Part shown: positions 62,218-64,000 of the stretch, piece by piece
Layout of the letters: each line of letters opens with the position of its first letter
Position numbering within the stretch: position 1 is the first letter of the stretch
Assembly: GCA_943787795.1 (NCBI GenBank)
Contig: CALSNU010000001.1
Coordinates: forward strand, 1,088,001 to 1,152,000
Source: an uncultured bacterium
GTDB lineage: Bacteria; Planctomycetota; UBA1135; GCA-002686595
Direction of reading: 5' to 3'
DNA length: 64,000 bases
Program-made: the position numbers and the translations under genes
The notes under the pieces: generated by a model
The model's input: the letters and a program-made list of their open reading frames with translations, nothing else
Databases searched by the model: none
Told to the model about the DNA's origin: nothing

Positions 62218-62398
62218 GGTGCTGGTGTTCCGGTCATCGGGCGCGATTATGGGGACGGAGTGTATCCGTTCAACGAGCCGTTCGACTCGCCGCTGCGCCG
62301 CTAGCTGACCCGGAGGGCAAAAGTGGTCCGTCCGGGACGCCCCCCGGAGGAGCGCTGGGCCTGCCGGCCCGGGCGTCGCCGACCGAGAGGGCCCCCGA

Positions 62399-62458
62399 CT
62401 CCAGCGGCCAGCGCGCCAGAGGCCAGCACGCCAGCGGCCAGCACTCCAGCGGCCAGCA
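62399..62458. repeat. 15-bp minisatellite with CCAGCGGCCAGCA core, 4 copies
   Basis: Tandem copies. Confidence 0.8.
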
Positions 62459-62552
62459 CTCCGGGGTCCCGCGCTCTCAGGACATCAAGGTCCCAAGGCG
62501 CCGAGAGCCCCGAGGTCCGCGGGGCGCCGCCGTCCTCCAGGGTGCAGCCCGC

Positions 62553-62841
62553 CCCAGAGGCCACGTGAACCCAGAGGCCACGTGAACTCAGAGACCACGT
62601 GAACTCAGAGACCACGTGAACCCAGAGACCACGTGAACCCAGAGACCACGTGAACCCAGAGGCCACGTGAACCCAGAGACCACGTGAACCCAGAGACCAC
62701 GTGAACCCAGAGACCACGTGAACCCAGAGACCACGTGAACCCAGAGGCCACGTGAACCCAGAGGCCACGTGAACCCAGAGGCCGGATGAACCCAGAGGTC
62801 ACATAAACCCAGAGGTCACATGAACCCAAAGGCCACATGAA
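62553..62841. repeat. 17-bp minisatellite CCCAGAGRCCACGTGAA, ~17 copies
   Basis: Head-to-tail copies without spacers; last ~4 copies degenerate. Confidence 0.95.
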
Positions 62842-62959
62842 TCCGGCTTCCAGACCAACTAAGAGGCCACGCTCTCTCCCGGGAACGACGCCTCGCTCGG
62901 TCGGACGACGTCGCCCCCGGTACCATGTCCAGCAGACCGCCAGGCGGCTCCAGCGAACG

Positions 62960-64000
62960 ATGACTTCCGACTCACCAGGCTCTGGATCGCTCTTCGCCGA
63001 GCGCGTGCTCGAGCTCGAGGGGGTGCTCTCCCTCATCGCCGAGCACGCCGTGAGCTCGCTCGGCCGGCGTCACATCGGGAGCCTCTCGCCGCGCGGAGAC
63101 GACGACGCCCGGGCGGCGCTCGTCCGCTGCGCCGAGATGGCAGCGCAGCTGGCCGCCGAGGACGCGCCCCCGATGGCCGGCGTCAGCGATCCGCTGCCCG
63201 AGGCGCCCGCCGGCCGGCTGACCGAGGACCGGATCGCGGCGCTGCGAGACTTTCTCGAGGCGAACCTGCGCCTGAAGAAGTGGGCCGCAGACCGCGAGGA
63301 AGTCGCGCCAGCGCTCGCGGCCCTGATGTCGGCGTCCCCCGAGACCTCCGCGCTCGTGGAGCGCATCGATCGGATCGTGGACGGGCGCGGCCGAGTGCGG
63401 GTGGAGGCGTCGGGGCGGCTCACCAACCTGCGTGACGCCATGTCCTCGGCGAGCGCGCGGATCGAGAGTCAGCTGAGGGTCGTGATGGCGCGCGGGGACG
63501 TCCGCGCCTCCCTGAGCGATGGCGGCGTCCACCGCCGAGCGGGGCGGCCTGTGCTGGCGGTCAAGGCCAAGATGTCAGGGCGGGTCAAGGGGCTCGTGCA
63601 TGACCGCTCGCAGACCGGCGAGTCGGTCTTCATCGAGCCCCAGGAGGTGGTCGAGCTCGGCAACCGGTTGGCCGAGGCACGCGCTGACGAGCGGCGCGAG
63701 GTGGAGCGCATCCTGGTGGAGCTCTCCCGCAATGTGCTCGCCGCGAGGTCGGTGATTGACGGCGCGTCGCAGCGTGTCGGGCAGCTGGAGGTGGCGCTCG
63801 CGAGCGCGATCTGGGCTGCCTCAGTGGGGGCCCGGCCGGCGCTCCTGCCCGGGGAAGAGGGCGCCTCCGAGGGGCTCCTGCTGCGGGGGGCGCGGCACCC
63901 GCTCCTGATTGATCAGGTGCAGCGTGGTGCGCTCGATGAGGTCGTGCCCATCGACCTCCGGCTCGGGGTGGACTTTGACATGCTGCTGATCACCGGACCG
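62960..64000 (+). CDS. mutS2: MutS2 family protein, N-terminal part (runs off window; absent from ORF track)
   Basis: Manual translation from ATG 62960: 'LEL..VL..IA.HA.S.LGR', 'GLVHDRSQTGESVFIEP', 'ARHPLL', 'VVPIDL', 'LLITGP' (start of Walker A). Confidence 0.92.
   Translation, partial: MTSDSPGSGSLFAERVLELEGVLSLIAEHAVSSLGRRHIGSLSPRGDDDARAALVRCAEMAAQLAAEDAPPMAGVSDPLPEAPAGRLTEDRIAALRDFLEANLRLKKWAADREEVAPALAALMSASPETSALVERIDRIVDGRGRVRVEASGRLTNLRDAMSSASARIESQLRVVMARGDVRASLSDGGVHRRAGRPVLAVKAKMSGRVKGLVHDRSQTGESVFIEPQEVVELGNRLAEARADERREVERILVELSRNVLAARSVIDGASQRVGQLEVALASAIWAASVGARPALLPGEEGASEGLLLRGARHPLLIDQVQRGALDEVVPIDLRLGVDFDMLLITGP

Noticed and set aside
62267..62283. Extra LexA-like box GTTC-N8-GTTC near the metB-like gene
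   Set aside because: Spacing is 8 rather than 7, it is a single copy, and the adjacent gene is not a repair gene.
62553..62841. CRISPR array (also considered for 5424-5618, 33805-33948, 36566-36721 and 60829-60948)
   Set aside because: Units are head-to-tail with no unique spacers, mostly shorter than CRISPR repeats, and there are no cas genes in the window.

Overview
High-GC bacterial chromosome segment. It is assigned to Planctomycetota because the 16S carries the planctomycete-specific Pla46 site GGATTAGGCATGCAAGTC and the 5S is short (~110 nt); a deep-branching, OM190-like lineage is an inference. The window is mostly core genes: psd, glmU-prs-rplY-pth-rpsF-rpsR-rplI-dnaB-bamA-lpxD-lpxC/fabZ-lpxA-ileS, an L,D-transpeptidase, a linked rRNA operon (16S-tRNA-Ile-tRNA-Ala-23S-5S), yciB, a rhomboid protease, lexA, a frameshifted nadB, hflX, a hybrid histidine kinase, secDF, rplS, trmD, riboflavin synthase, an MlaE/F/D system, trpS, dtd, HU/IHF, a cystathionine synthase/lyase and a partial mutS2. 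No mobile element or CRISPR array is supported. Best leads: (1) a 122-codon gene missing from the ORF track (34895-35263, minus) with an in-frame UGA followed by a hairpin resembling the E. coli fdhF SECIS, i.e. a probable selenoprotein between yciB and a rhomboid protease; (2) four AAC-type direct-repeat boxes with 7-nt spacers upstream of an orphan ORF and lexA, a candidate SOS operator; (3) an MCE transporter with a six-repeat MlaD tail, coupled to a Trp/Pro/Phe-repeat lipoprotein; (4) many unrelated minisatellites, several overlapping stop codons.
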